From Alphaproteobacteria bacterium (lineage in GTDB: Bacteria > Pseudomonadota > Alphaproteobacteria > JAREAF01), in assembly GCA_035620695.1 (NCBI GenBank), contig DASPGI010000126.1, forward strand, positions 509 to 64,508: a DNA stretch of 64,000 nt. Direction: 5' to 3'. The notes under the pieces were generated by a model. It was given only the letters and a program-made list of their open reading frames with translations. It was not told the DNA's origin and made no database searches. The position numbers were made by a program, and so were the translations under genes. Of this stretch, positions 19,312 through 28,960 are shown piece by piece. Position 1 is the first letter of the stretch, and each line of letters opens with the position of its first letter.

Positions 19312-20063
19312 AAAGGGATGCCCTCCAACAGCGTCTCGATGCTTTTTCTGGCAGGTTCCCGTTCCCGAAGATCCAAGGTCTCGCTGAAGAGAACGTTGAA
19401 CCAGACGATGTCGCCGGTCTTGAGGTCGACGAGCGAGGCAAAACCTTGCTGTTGCCCGCCGGGCATGCCGATTCCTAGAACTGCCATCCCGATTATCATT
19501 GCCGTTCGTCCCGCGCTCGAATAGCTGTCGCGCAGGAAGACGAAGAGCGCGTAGTCGGCGCCAAAATCGCGCTGCAACGCGGCAGCCTCCGTACCCAGGG
19601 TCCAGTCGAACTGCCCCTTCTTTCCGGGCAGCTGGGCAAATCCGCTGTGCTGATGCAGCAGAATGGAGTTGCCCACCGCCTCGTGCAGTTTCACCAGTTG
19701 CGTATGCTGACGCTCGCGCTCAAGGTCGCCTTGCGGGGGTTGATAGGCGATCAGGTTCGCATCGCGCGCGCCGATCAGATCGTCGAGCGCGCTCCCCACA
19801 TGATCCTTGGCCGCGGCCGTCCAGTCGGCCCGTGGCTCGACAAGGCCGCTCGCGGTCAGAAGGTAGAGCTCGATATCCGGAGGCATGAGGAGGATGCGCG
19901 CCGTTTCGGCCGGCCGCGCCGCGACGGTCGTCGGGCCATAGTCATGGGTCCGCGTGCAGGCGGCAAGCGCGATGAGGATCAGAAGCAGATGCGCAACTCG
20001 GCGCGCCCAACAGGTCCACGCCGACGGCACATCAACCGCACCAGGTGCAACGCCCCCCGACAT
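19308..20063 (-). CDS. Hypothetical lipoprotein
   Basis: Lipobox IALAAC; ASLVDLKTGDIVW C-terminal motif; start uncertain (20063 or GTG 20030). Confidence 0.7.
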   Translation of the reverse strand: MSGGVAPGAVDVPSAWTCWARRVAHLLLILIALAACTRTHDYGPTTVAARPAETARILLMPPDIELYLLTASGLVEPRADWTAAAKDHVGSALDDLIGARDANLIAYQPPQGDLERERQHTQLVKLHEAVGNSILLHQHSGFAQLPGKKGQFDWTLGTEAAALQRDFGADYALFVFLRDSYSSAGRTAMIIGMAVLGIGMPGGQQQGFASLVDLKTGDIVWFNVLFSETLDLREREPARKSIETLLEGIPL

Positions 20064-20314
20064 GGCACGGCACATCCGAGGAATTGATTGTGCAACTTTA
20101 GCGGAATCAGCGGATTGCGACAAGATTCCTACAGTCGTTGCAAACGGTTTACCCAAGCAGTGCCGCGGGTACCCCATCCGCCAGAAGCTAAAGGCACCTG
20201 GACAAGGCCCATGTCCCTGATTTGCCCGGCGTGGATCCAGCCTCCACGAGTACGGGACAAATTGGATTGGAGAGTTTTCGATGGGCTTTCTGCTATAGCT
20301 TGCGTGACCCCTAG

Positions 20315-20341
20315 GGTGTCGGTGGATCGATTCCGCCCCTG
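20315..20341 (+). repeat. Degenerate copy of tRNA-Phe 3' half (attR-like)
   Basis: 26/27 identity to 4028-4054. Confidence 0.8.
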
Positions 20342-20364
20342 TGTATCACAGCCATCTCCGCCAA

Positions 20365-20961
20365 ATGTCTTCGAACGCCATGGACGTAGCCTTGCGCCGA
20401 GCGGTTCGCCTGGTTGCGCTCTTGAACCTCGGATATTTCGGGGTCGAGTTCGCCGTGGCGCTCGCCATCGGCTCGGTGTCGCTATTCGCGGACAGCATCG
20501 ACTTCCTTGAGGATGCCTCCATAAACCTGCTGATCCTTGCGGCGCTTGGATGGACGGCGGCGGCGCGCGCCAGAGTGGGAATGATGCTTGCAGGCATCCT
20601 CCTAGTCCCGGGCTTCGCCGCTCTTTGGACCGCCTGGGAGAAGTTCAACCTGCCTCTGCCGCCAGAGCCGGTGCCGCTGACGCTCGCCGGCGCGGGCGCG
20701 TTCGCGGTCAATATGACCTGCGCTCTCCTCCTTGCCCGCTATCGCGAACATCGCAGCAGCCTCAGCCGCGCTGCATTCCTCTCGGCCAGAAACGACGCTC
20801 TGGCCAATCTGGCCATCATCGCCGCCGGCGTGACGACCGCGTATACGCTGACAGCATGGCCGGACCTCATCGTCGGATTGGGCATTGTTCTGATGAACGC
20901 AGATGCAGCACGAGAGGTATGGACGACCGCCCGCGAGGAGCGCAAAGCCGCGCGGCCGTGA
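20365..20961 (+). CDS. Cation diffusion facilitator family transporter (short, no CTD)
   Basis: GSVSLFADSIDFLED and SARNDALAN motifs, about 5-6 TM helices. Confidence 0.85.
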   Translation: MSSNAMDVALRRAVRLVALLNLGYFGVEFAVALAIGSVSLFADSIDFLEDASINLLILAALGWTAAARARVGMMLAGILLVPGFAALWTAWEKFNLPLPPEPVPLTLAGAGAFAVNMTCALLLARYREHRSSLSRAAFLSARNDALANLAIIAAGVTTAYTLTAWPDLIVGLGIVLMNADAAREVWTTAREERKAARP

Positions 20962-21010
20962 CGGCCAGCGGAAACGGTGGGCGCGCGGGACAGCGAGGAA
21001 TACCCCAGCC

Positions 21011-21961
21011 TCACTCCGTGCGCTCGCGGGTCCGCGCCGCCTCGCGCCGGAACACGTAGACGCCGCTGCCAACCACCAGCGCGATGCCGAGCCAGAGCCA
21101 GGGATCCGGAAAGTCCGACCAGATCACCCAGCCCCATAGGACCGCCCAGGGGAGCGAGGAATATTCGAACGGGGCGACCGATGGTGCGGGCGCCGTGCGA
21201 TAGGCTTGCGCCAGGCAGGTGAAGCCGATCGCGGCGATCAGGCCGCACAGGGCGAACAAGGCGAAATCGCCGGGCGTCGGCCAGCTCCAGGCACGCAGCA
21301 GGAAGGCGATTTCGGGCTCATTGCTTCCGGCGAGCCTGCCGTCGCCGAGCGTCAGCCCTGCCACGAGGGCCAAGGCCACATAGACGAGGCTCGCGCTCAT
21401 CGCCATGCTCTCGGCGCTGTCGCCGGCGCCGATGCGGCGGGTGATGAGCGCCGAAAATGCATAGGTCGCCGCCGAGGCGACCGCGAGCAGCGCCGCCAGC
21501 GATAGCTCGCCCTGCGGCCTCAGAATCACCAGAACGCCGAGGAAGCCCACGGCAACCGCGCTCCAGCGGCGAACGCCCGGATACTCGCCGAGGAGCGGGC
21601 CTGAGAGCGCCGTCATGAAGAGCGGCGCGGAGTAGAAGATCGACACCGCCTCCGCCAACGGCAGTGCGGCCAGCGCCATATAGTAGGTCACGTAGGAGAG
21701 GAACATGACGAGACCGCGCAGCGCCTGCTGGAGCGGATGGCGCGGCCACAACGCCGCTCGGCCGCCGCGCAGGCTTGCCAGCGCGAAGAGCAATGGCAGC
21801 GACACCACGCTCCGCACAAAGACGATCTCGAGAACCGGATAATCTCCGCTTAAGAGCTTTATGATGACGTCCTGCGTCGTGAACACCGTCACGCCGGCGA
21901 TCACGAAGGCGATGCCGGCGAGGGGTCGGTCGAGGCGGGCGGTCGTCGTAGCCTGTGTCAT
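21011..21961 (-). CDS. DMT/EamA family transporter
   Basis: About 10 TM helices; LPLAEA...PLF...LLGE and APFEY motifs. Confidence 0.88.
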   Translation of the reverse strand: MTQATTTARLDRPLAGIAFVIAGVTVFTTQDVIIKLLSGDYPVLEIVFVRSVVSLPLLFALASLRGGRAALWPRHPLQQALRGLVMFLSYVTYYMALAALPLAEAVSIFYSAPLFMTALSGPLLGEYPGVRRWSAVAVGFLGVLVILRPQGELSLAALLAVASAATYAFSALITRRIGAGDSAESMAMSASLVYVALALVAGLTLGDGRLAGSNEPEIAFLLRAWSWPTPGDFALFALCGLIAAIGFTCLAQAYRTAPAPSVAPFEYSSLPWAVLWGWVIWSDFPDPWLWLGIALVVGSGVYVFRREAARTRERTE

Positions 21962-21982
21962 GAGGGGTTCGTCTGTCGCGCG

Positions 21983-22966
21983 TTAGTCGAGCGCGACCAG
22001 GACTTGGCCGAGCTTGTTCCCGGCCTCGACCGCCTCATGGGCCGCCGCAATCTCGACGAGCGGAACGCGCGCGGCGATCGGGTGGGTGAGGGCGCCGGCA
22101 GCGAGCGCGGCGGTCAGATTTGCGATCGCGCGGCGCCGCGCTTCCGGCGTAAGGATGTAGACCAGCACCAGCCGCAGCGTCACCGCCTTGAACATCAGGG
22201 GATAGAAGGGCAGCGTCGGGGCCGGCGCGGCCATCGAAGCATAGGCGGCGATGGTGCCGTTCTCCTTGACGACAGCGAGGCTGGTTTCGAGATTGCCGCC
22301 GAACTCGACCTCGACGACGCGATCGACGCCCGCTCCGCCGCTTGCCTCCATTACAAGCTCGGCGACGCGCTCGCGCTTGTAGTCGATTACCAGATCCGCC
22401 CCTGCCTCGCGGCAGGCGGCGATGCTCTCCCGCCGCCCCGCCGTGGCGATCACTCTGGCGCCGCCCCACTTGGCGAGCTGGATCGCATAGTGCCCGACCG
22501 CTCCAGCGCCGCCGGTCACGAGCACGGTCTTGTCGGCAAGCGGCCCATCCGAGAAAAGGCATGCCTCCGCGGTCATCGCCGGAATGCCGAGGCAGGCGCC
22601 AGCCTCGAACGAGACGCCATCCGGCAACCGCACCGCCTGCGCGGCGGGCAGCGCGATCAGCTCAGCCGCCGTGCCCCAGGGGCGCCGCCATTGCCCGTTC
22701 CAGAGCCAGACCCGCTCCCCGATGCGGCGCGGCTCGACCCCGGGGCCGACCGCCTCGATCATGCCTGCGCCATCGCTGTGCGGCACGATCTTCGGGAAGG
22801 CCATGCCGCCGCGAGCCCCCGCCCGGCTTTTCACGTCCGATGGATTGACGCCGGAGACTTTCATCCGAACCAGCACCTCTCCGGGGCCAGGAGTGGGATC
22901 GGGCAGATCGCCGACCGTCAGAACCGACCGGGCGGGTCCGTTCCGTTCATACCAAGCCGCTTTCAT
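21983..22966 (-). CDS. NADPH:quinone oxidoreductase (MDR family)
   Basis: GVNPSD, PHSDGAG and GGAGAVG motifs. Confidence 0.9.
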   Translation of the reverse strand: MKAAWYERNGPARSVLTVGDLPDPTPGPGEVLVRMKVSGVNPSDVKSRAGARGGMAFPKIVPHSDGAGMIEAVGPGVEPRRIGERVWLWNGQWRRPWGTAAELIALPAAQAVRLPDGVSFEAGACLGIPAMTAEACLFSDGPLADKTVLVTGGAGAVGHYAIQLAKWGGARVIATAGRRESIAACREAGADLVIDYKRERVAELVMEASGGAGVDRVVEVEFGGNLETSLAVVKENGTIAAYASMAAPAPTLPFYPLMFKAVTLRLVLVYILTPEARRRAIANLTAALAAGALTHPIAARVPLVEIAAAHEAVEAGNKLGQVLVALD

Positions 22967-23102
22967 GGGGCGATTGGCTCCAAACCAGATGCGAATTTCA
23001 TGGGGAGCATAGCAGTGAGACGCCGGGCGTGATTTAGATCAAAGCGCCACCGTGCCATCTGCTGGCGTCATGGCGCGGGGAAGGAATTCGACGGAGGAAA
23101 CG

Positions 23103-23528
23103 ATGGAGACGTTCACGCCCATATCGGCGCTGGTCGGCGGCATCATCATCGGCGGATCGGCAATCCTGCTCATGGTGCTCCTCGGCCGTATCGCCGGCAT
23201 CAGCGGCATCGTCGGCGGGCTCTTGCCCCCACCGGCTGGAGAAGCCGGCTGGCGCCTCGCCTTCCTCTTCGGGCTGGTCGCCGGGCCGGTGCTCTGGGGA
23301 TTGGTCGGAGGGTTCGTGCCGCCGGTCGAGGTGACGAGCGCAATCCCGGTGCTCATCGCCGGCGGGCTTCTGGTCGGGTTTGGCACCAGCCTCGGCAGCG
23401 GCTGCACCAGCGGTCACGGCGTCTGCGGCTTGGCGCGGCTCTCGCCGCGCTCTCTCGTAGCCACGCTGACCTTCATGGCGGTCGCGGTGGCGACCGTCTT
23501 CGTGACCCGCCATGTCATCGGAGGCTGA
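23103..23528 (+). CDS. YeeE/YedE family sulfur transporter subunit 1
   Basis: GRIAGISG and GSGCTSGHGVCG motifs. Confidence 0.9.
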   Translation: METFTPISALVGGIIIGGSAILLMVLLGRIAGISGIVGGLLPPPAGEAGWRLAFLFGLVAGPVLWGLVGGFVPPVEVTSAIPVLIAGGLLVGFGTSLGSGCTSGHGVCGLARLSPRSLVATLTFMAVAVATVFVTRHVIGG

Positions 23529-23532
23529 GACG

Positions 23533-23970
23533 ATGAACCGCATCCTCGCCGCCTTCGTCGCCGGCCTCGTCTTCGGGGTCGGCCTCACCGTCGCGCAGAT
23601 GACCAATCCAGCGAAGGTGCTGGCCTTCCTCGACCTCTTTGGCAACTGGGATCCCAGCCTCGCCTTCGTCATGGGCGGAGCAGTCGCGGTCACCTTCGTC
23701 GGTTACCGCTCCCTTCGCGGCCGGCATGCCCCGGTCTGTGACATGTCGATGCGCTGGCCGACGACGACCGCCATTGATGGCCGGCTGGTCGGTGGGGCGG
23801 CCCTTTTCGGTCTTGGTTGGGGCCTGGTCGGGCTATGCCCCGGGCCCGCGGTCGCTTCGCTCGGCATCGCACCTCAGCGCACGATACTGTTCGTGATCGC
23901 CATGCTGGTAGGGATGGCGCTGGCTCGGTGGTTCGGAGAGCGCCGGTCGCCCGCTGCTGCGTCGGCATAA
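23533..23970 (+). CDS. YeeE/YedE family sulfur transporter subunit 2
   Basis: KVLAFLD...WDPSL and GWGLVGLCPGP motifs. Confidence 0.9.
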   Translation: MNRILAAFVAGLVFGVGLTVAQMTNPAKVLAFLDLFGNWDPSLAFVMGGAVAVTFVGYRSLRGRHAPVCDMSMRWPTTTAIDGRLVGGAALFGLGWGLVGLCPGPAVASLGIAPQRTILFVIAMLVGMALARWFGERRSPAAASA

Positions 23971-24064
23971 GCCGTCCTCGAGCGGATTTGAGACGCGGCG
24001 CCGCTTTTTCCAATGGGGCGGCGGGGCGTATGCTCGGACTTGACAGCGGAAGGAGAGCCGCAGA

Positions 24065-26491
24065 ATGGCCGCGGAGATTCCCTCAACGGCGCGCGTAGTG
24101 ATCGTCGGCGGCGGTGCCGTCGGCTGCAGCGCGCTCTATCACCTGGCGAAGCTCGGCTGGACCGATTGCGTGCTCCTGGAGAAGAACGAGCTCACCTCCG
24201 GCTCGACCTGGCATGCCGCCGGCAACTGTCCGAACTTCTCGACCAACTGGGGCATCATGAAGCTGCAGAACTATTCGACGCGGCTCTATGCCCGGCTCGG
24301 CGACGAAGTCGGCTATCCGATGGGTTACCACGTCACCGGCTCGATCCGGCTCGCCCATCATCGCAGCCGCATGGAGGAGTTCCACCACGTCACCGGCATG
24401 GCGCGCTATCAAGGCATCGAGTTTGCGATGCTGAGCCTGCGGGACATCAAGGAGCGCTATCCCTTCATCGAACTACACGATCTCGAGGGCGGCCTCTGGG
24501 ATGCGACAGACGGCGATGTCGACCCGGCGCAGCTCACCCAGGCGCTGGCCAAGGGCGCCCGTGACCTCGGCGCGCGCGTGATCCGCTTCTGCCCGGTCAT
24601 AGGTATCCGGCGTGAGAAGGGAGAATGGATCGTCTCGACGCCGCAAGGAGATATCCGTGCCGAGATCGTCGTCAACGCCGCCGGTTATCGCGCGCCCGAA
24701 GTCGGTGCCATGGTCGGCCGCGAGGTTCCTTCCGTCGCCATGTCGCACCAGTATCTGGTCACCGAGCAGATTTCGGAGTTGGCGGAGCGGAAAGAGAAGC
24801 TTCCGCTCCTACGCGACCCCGATGTCAGCTACTACCTGCGCCAGGAACGCCAGGGCCTTTTGCTCGGCCCTTATGAATGGGACTGCAAGGCGATGTGGCT
24901 CGACGGCGTCCCTGAGGATTTCTCCTTCCAGCTCTGGGCTGACGATCTCTCGCGCCTCGAGCGCTATATCGAGGATGCCTGCCGGCGCGTGCCGATCCTG
25001 GGCTCGGTCGGCATCACCCGCGTCATCAACGGACCCATCCCCTATACGCCTGACGGCAATCCCCTGATCGGCCCCGCGCCGGGCCTCGCGAATTTCTACG
25101 AAGCGTGCGTCTTCTCCTTCGGCATCGTGCAGGCCGGCGGCGCCGGCAAGGCGTTGGCCGAGTGGATCGTCGAGGGCGAGCCGGAATGGGATCTGTGGTC
25201 GCTCGATCCGCGCCGCTACACCGGCTATGTGACCAAGTCCTATGTCGCGGCGCAGGCGATCGAGCTTTACCAGAACGAATACGCGATCGGCTTTCCGACG
25301 CTGGAGCGCCAGGCCGGCCGTCCGGCCAAGACCTCGACCGTCTATGGTCTGCTCAAATCCAAGGGCGCGGTCATGGCGGCGCGCGGAGGCTGGGAACGCG
25401 CGGTATGGTTCCCGCGCCCGGGCGATGATCCGAAGGCGCCCGCGACTTTCCACCACGGCGCTTGGTTCGAGGCGGTCGGCGAGGAGTGCCGCGCGGTCCG
25501 GGACGCCGCAGGACTGCTCGATCTTCCCGGGATCTCGCGCTTCGAGGTGAGCGGGAAAGATGCCGCCGCCTGGCTCGACGGCTTGATCCTAACCCGGCTG
25601 CCGCGCGCGGGGCGCTGCGGCCTCGGCTATTTCCTCTCGCCGAAGGGCGGTGTGCTGGCGGAAGCATCAATCGCCGCGCTTGGGTCGGATCGCTATTGGG
25701 TGATGTCGGGCGCCACCGCCGAGTGGCATGACCGGGACTGGCTTACCGCGCGCCTGCCGAAGGAGGGCGGCGTGGCGCTCACAAATGTGACGCCTCATTA
25801 CGACACGCTCGTGTTGGCAGGACCGAAGTCGCGCGACATCCTCGCCCGAGTCACCGACGCCGATCTTTCCACCCCTGCCTTCCCCTGGATGACGTTGCGC
25901 GAACTCACGATCGGCTCGGCGCCGGTCACGGCGATGCGCATGACCGAAACCGGCGAGCTCGGCTACGAGTTGCATCCGCCGATCGAATATGCCGCCGCCG
26001 TCTATGAGGCGCTGATGGAGGCGGGCGTCGATCTGGGCCTCAAGGATTTCGGGCTCTACGCGCTCGATTCCTTGCGTCTGGAGAAGGGCTACCGCGCCTG
26101 GAAATCCGACCTGATGCTGGACCAGCCAGTGACGGCGGTCGGCATGGACCGCCTTTTGCGCCTCGACAAGCCGAATTTTGTCGGCCGCGAGGCGGTAACC
26201 TCCAACACCGGGCGCAATCCGAAGCTGGTCTCCGTTCTGCTGCTGGTCGATGCGGACAGCGCCGACGCGCTGCCTTTCGCAATCGTCCATGATGGCAAGA
26301 AACGGGTGGGGTTTGTCACCTCCGGCGGTTACGGCCACCGCATCGGCCGCTCGCTGGCGCTGGCCTTCGTCGAGCGCGCCGTTGCCAAGCCGGGGATACG
26401 TTTGCAGGTGGATATCTTCGGTGAGGCGCGCCCGGCCAGCATTGTCGATGGCGTACCTTACGATCCCGACAACAGCCGCATGAGGGTCTGA
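24065..26491 (+). CDS. GcvT-family FAD-dependent N-demethylase (dimethylglycine dehydrogenase-like)
   Basis: GGGAVG, TWHAAG covalent-FAD motif, YTPDGNP, THF-binding GELGYE and SLRLEKGY motifs. Confidence 0.9.
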   Translation: MAAEIPSTARVVIVGGGAVGCSALYHLAKLGWTDCVLLEKNELTSGSTWHAAGNCPNFSTNWGIMKLQNYSTRLYARLGDEVGYPMGYHVTGSIRLAHHRSRMEEFHHVTGMARYQGIEFAMLSLRDIKERYPFIELHDLEGGLWDATDGDVDPAQLTQALAKGARDLGARVIRFCPVIGIRREKGEWIVSTPQGDIRAEIVVNAAGYRAPEVGAMVGREVPSVAMSHQYLVTEQISELAERKEKLPLLRDPDVSYYLRQERQGLLLGPYEWDCKAMWLDGVPEDFSFQLWADDLSRLERYIEDACRRVPILGSVGITRVINGPIPYTPDGNPLIGPAPGLANFYEACVFSFGIVQAGGAGKALAEWIVEGEPEWDLWSLDPRRYTGYVTKSYVAAQAIELYQNEYAIGFPTLERQAGRPAKTSTVYGLLKSKGAVMAARGGWERAVWFPRPGDDPKAPATFHHGAWFEAVGEECRAVRDAAGLLDLPGISRFEVSGKDAAAWLDGLILTRLPRAGRCGLGYFLSPKGGVLAEASIAALGSDRYWVMSGATAEWHDRDWLTARLPKEGGVALTNVTPHYDTLVLAGPKSRDILARVTDADLSTPAFPWMTLRELTIGSAPVTAMRMTETGELGYELHPPIEYAAAVYEALMEAGVDLGLKDFGLYALDSLRLEKGYRAWKSDLMLDQPVTAVGMDRLLRLDKPNFVGREAVTSNTGRNPKLVSVLLLVDADSADALPFAIVHDGKKRVGFVTSGGYGHRIGRSLALAFVERAVAKPGIRLQVDIFGEARPASIVDGVPYDPDNSRMRV

Positions 26492-26495
26492 AGCC

Positions 26496-28958
26496 ATGGC
26501 CGAGATCACGCTGCCTAAGCACGCCCGTGCCGTCATCATCGGCGGTGGGGTGGTCGGCTGTTCCGTCGCCTACCACTTGGCCAAGCTCGGCTGGACCGAC
26601 ATCGTGCTCCTGGAGCGCAAGCAGCTCACTTGCGGCACCACCTGGCACGCCGCCGGTCTGATCGGCCAGCTCCGCGCCACGCAGAACCTGACCATGCTGG
26701 CGAAGTACTCGGCCGAGCTTTATGCCGGGCTGGAGGCGGAGACCGGCGTCGCCACCGGCTATCGCCAGGTTGGCTCCATCGGCGCGGCCTTGAGCCATGA
26801 GCGGCTGGAGGAATTCAAGCGCGGCGCCTCGATGGCGAAAACGTTCGGACTCGAGGTCGAGACGCTGGGGCCGGGCGAGATCAAGAGACGCTACCCGTTG
26901 CTCGAAACGAAAGACGTGGTCGGCGGCGTCTATCTCGCCAAGGACGGACAGGCCGACCCGGCCAACATCGCGCTGGCATTGGCCAAGGGCGCGCGCCAGA
27001 AGGGCGCCAGGATCTTCGAGGGCGTCAAGGTCACGGGCATTCTCACGGAGAAAGGTCGCGCGGTCGGCGTGGAGACCGCGCAAGGGCCGATCCGCGCCGA
27101 GCATGTCGTCAACTGCGCCGGCATGTGGGGGCGCGAGGTGGGGCGCATGGCGGGAGTCTCGGTGCCGCTCCAGGCGTGCGAGCATTTCTACATTGTCACC
27201 GAGCCCATCGCCGACCTGCCGCGCGGGCTTCCCGTGCTGCGCGTGCCGGACGAGCAGAGCTATTACAAGGAGGATGCCGGCAAGCTCCTCGTCGGATGCT
27301 TCGAGCTCGAGGCCAAGCCTTGGGCGCTCGAGGGCATACCGGAGGAGTTCTGCTTCGACCAGCTTCCCCCCGACATCGACCATTTCCAGCCGATCCTGGA
27401 GAAGGCGATGGGCCGGCTGCCGATCCTCGAAAAAGCCGGCATCCATACCTTCTTCAACGGGCCGGAGAGCTTTACTCCCGACGACAGATACCTTCTCGGC
27501 GAGGCGCCGGAGCTGAGGAATTTCTGGCTCGCCTGCGGCTTCAACTCGATCGGGATCCAGTCGGCGGGTGGAGCGGGAAAGGCGCTTGCGGAATGGATGC
27601 AAGCCGGCGAGCCGAGCATGGACCTGTGGGATGTCGACATCCGCCGCATGCAGCCCTTCCAAGGTAACCGTCGCTATCTGATCGCGCGGGCGCAGGAGGC
27701 CTTGGGCCTGCTCTATGCCGACCACTTCCCTTATCGTCAGGTGGTGACCGCGCGGGGCGTGCGCACCTCGCCCTTGCACGAGCGGCTGGCGGCGGCAGGC
27801 GCCTGCTTCGGCGAGGTCGCGGGCTGGGAACGCGCCAACTGGTTTGCACCGAAGGGCGTCGAGCCCGTCTACCGCTATAGCTGGAGGCGCCAGAACTGGT
27901 TCCACCACAGCGCAGCCGAGCATAAGGCGGTGCGCGAGGCGGTCGGGCTCTTCGACATGAGCTCCTTCGCCAAGTTCCGCGTCGAGGGCCGCGAAGCCGA
28001 GGCGGCGTTGCAACGCATTTGTGCAAACGATGTGGCGGTGGAGCCCGGCCGCATCGTCTACACGCAATGGCTGAACGAGCGCGGCGGGGTCGAGGCGGAT
28101 CTGACGGTGACGCGGCTTTCCGAAAGCGCCTATCTGGTGGTGACGGCCGCGGCTGGCGCCACGCGCGACCGCGCCTGGCTTGCGCGCCACATTCCGGAGG
28201 ATGCTCATTGCATTGTGACCGACGTCACCGCGGGCGAGGCGGTGATCGTGGTGATGGGACCGAATTCGCGGCTGCTGCTGCAGTCCTTGACCGACACCGA
28301 CCTCTCGAACGCAGCCTTCCCGTTTGGCACCGCCAGGGAGATCGAAATCGGGATGGGCCTCGCGCGCGCCCATCGCATCACCTATGTCGGCGAGCTAGGC
28401 TGGGAGCTGTACGTTCCCTCCGACATGGCGCGGCTTGTCTTCGATACCATCGTCGAGGCGGGGGCCGCGCATGGGCTCAAGCTCGCCGGCCTGCACGCGC
28501 TCAACTCGCTGCGCATCGAGAAGGCCTATCGGCATTTCGGGCACGACGTGACCGATGAGGATCATGTGCTCGAAGCGGGTCTGGGCTTCGCAGTGAAGCT
28601 CGACAAGCCGCGCGGGAAATTCGGCGACTTCATCGGGCGCGAGGCGGTCTTGCGCAAGAAGGAGCGGGGACTGAAAAGCCGGCTCCTGCAATTCAAGCTC
28701 ACCGAGCCTGAGCCGCTCCTTTATCACAACGAGCCGATATGGAGGGAGAAGCGCATTGTCGGCCAGGTGCGCTCCGGCGCCTACGGCCACACGCTGGGCG
28801 GCGCAATTGCGCTCGGCTACGTTGCGTGCGAGCCTGGCGAAACACCAGAGGACCTGGCCGGCCAGGCTTACGAGATGGAGATCGCCGGCGAGCGCTTCCC
28901 CGCGGTGGCCTCGGCACGGCCGATGTATGACCCGAAAGGGGAGAGAATCAGGGGGTAA
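26496..28958 (+). CDS. GcvT-family FAD-dependent N-demethylase (sarcosine dehydrogenase-like)
   Basis: GGGVVG, TWHAAG, ESFTPD, GELGWE and SLRIEKAY motifs. Confidence 0.9.
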   Translation: MAEITLPKHARAVIIGGGVVGCSVAYHLAKLGWTDIVLLERKQLTCGTTWHAAGLIGQLRATQNLTMLAKYSAELYAGLEAETGVATGYRQVGSIGAALSHERLEEFKRGASMAKTFGLEVETLGPGEIKRRYPLLETKDVVGGVYLAKDGQADPANIALALAKGARQKGARIFEGVKVTGILTEKGRAVGVETAQGPIRAEHVVNCAGMWGREVGRMAGVSVPLQACEHFYIVTEPIADLPRGLPVLRVPDEQSYYKEDAGKLLVGCFELEAKPWALEGIPEEFCFDQLPPDIDHFQPILEKAMGRLPILEKAGIHTFFNGPESFTPDDRYLLGEAPELRNFWLACGFNSIGIQSAGGAGKALAEWMQAGEPSMDLWDVDIRRMQPFQGNRRYLIARAQEALGLLYADHFPYRQVVTARGVRTSPLHERLAAAGACFGEVAGWERANWFAPKGVEPVYRYSWRRQNWFHHSAAEHKAVREAVGLFDMSSFAKFRVEGREAEAALQRICANDVAVEPGRIVYTQWLNERGGVEADLTVTRLSESAYLVVTAAAGATRDRAWLARHIPEDAHCIVTDVTAGEAVIVVMGPNSRLLLQSLTDTDLSNAAFPFGTAREIEIGMGLARAHRITYVGELGWELYVPSDMARLVFDTIVEAGAAHGLKLAGLHALNSLRIEKAYRHFGHDVTDEDHVLEAGLGFAVKLDKPRGKFGDFIGREAVLRKKERGLKSRLLQFKLTEPEPLLYHNEPIWREKRIVGQVRSGAYGHTLGGAIALGYVACEPGETPEDLAGQAYEMEIAGERFPAVASARPMYDPKGERIRG

Positions 28959-28960
28959 AC

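Larger units (their letters stand above)
8199..20341. mobile_element. Putative genomic island 3 (about 12 kb) ending in a longer tRNA-Phe 3' duplication
   Basis: Right boundary GGTGTCGGTGGATCGATTCCGCCCCTG (20315-20341) matches tRNA 4028-4054 at 26/27; GGGACAA at 20254-20260; no intact integrase seen. Confidence 0.6.

Noticed and set aside
20295-20348. Second functional tRNA gene
   Set aside because: Only the 3' part matches; there is no D-arm or valid anticodon loop and the CCA end is altered, so it is treated as an att copy
26316-28373. 685-aa minus-strand ORF and similar long shadow ORFs (78-755, 45775-47496, 49120-50772, 54221-55741)
   Set aside because: Antisense or alternate frames of well-supported genes in high-GC DNA, with no family motifs
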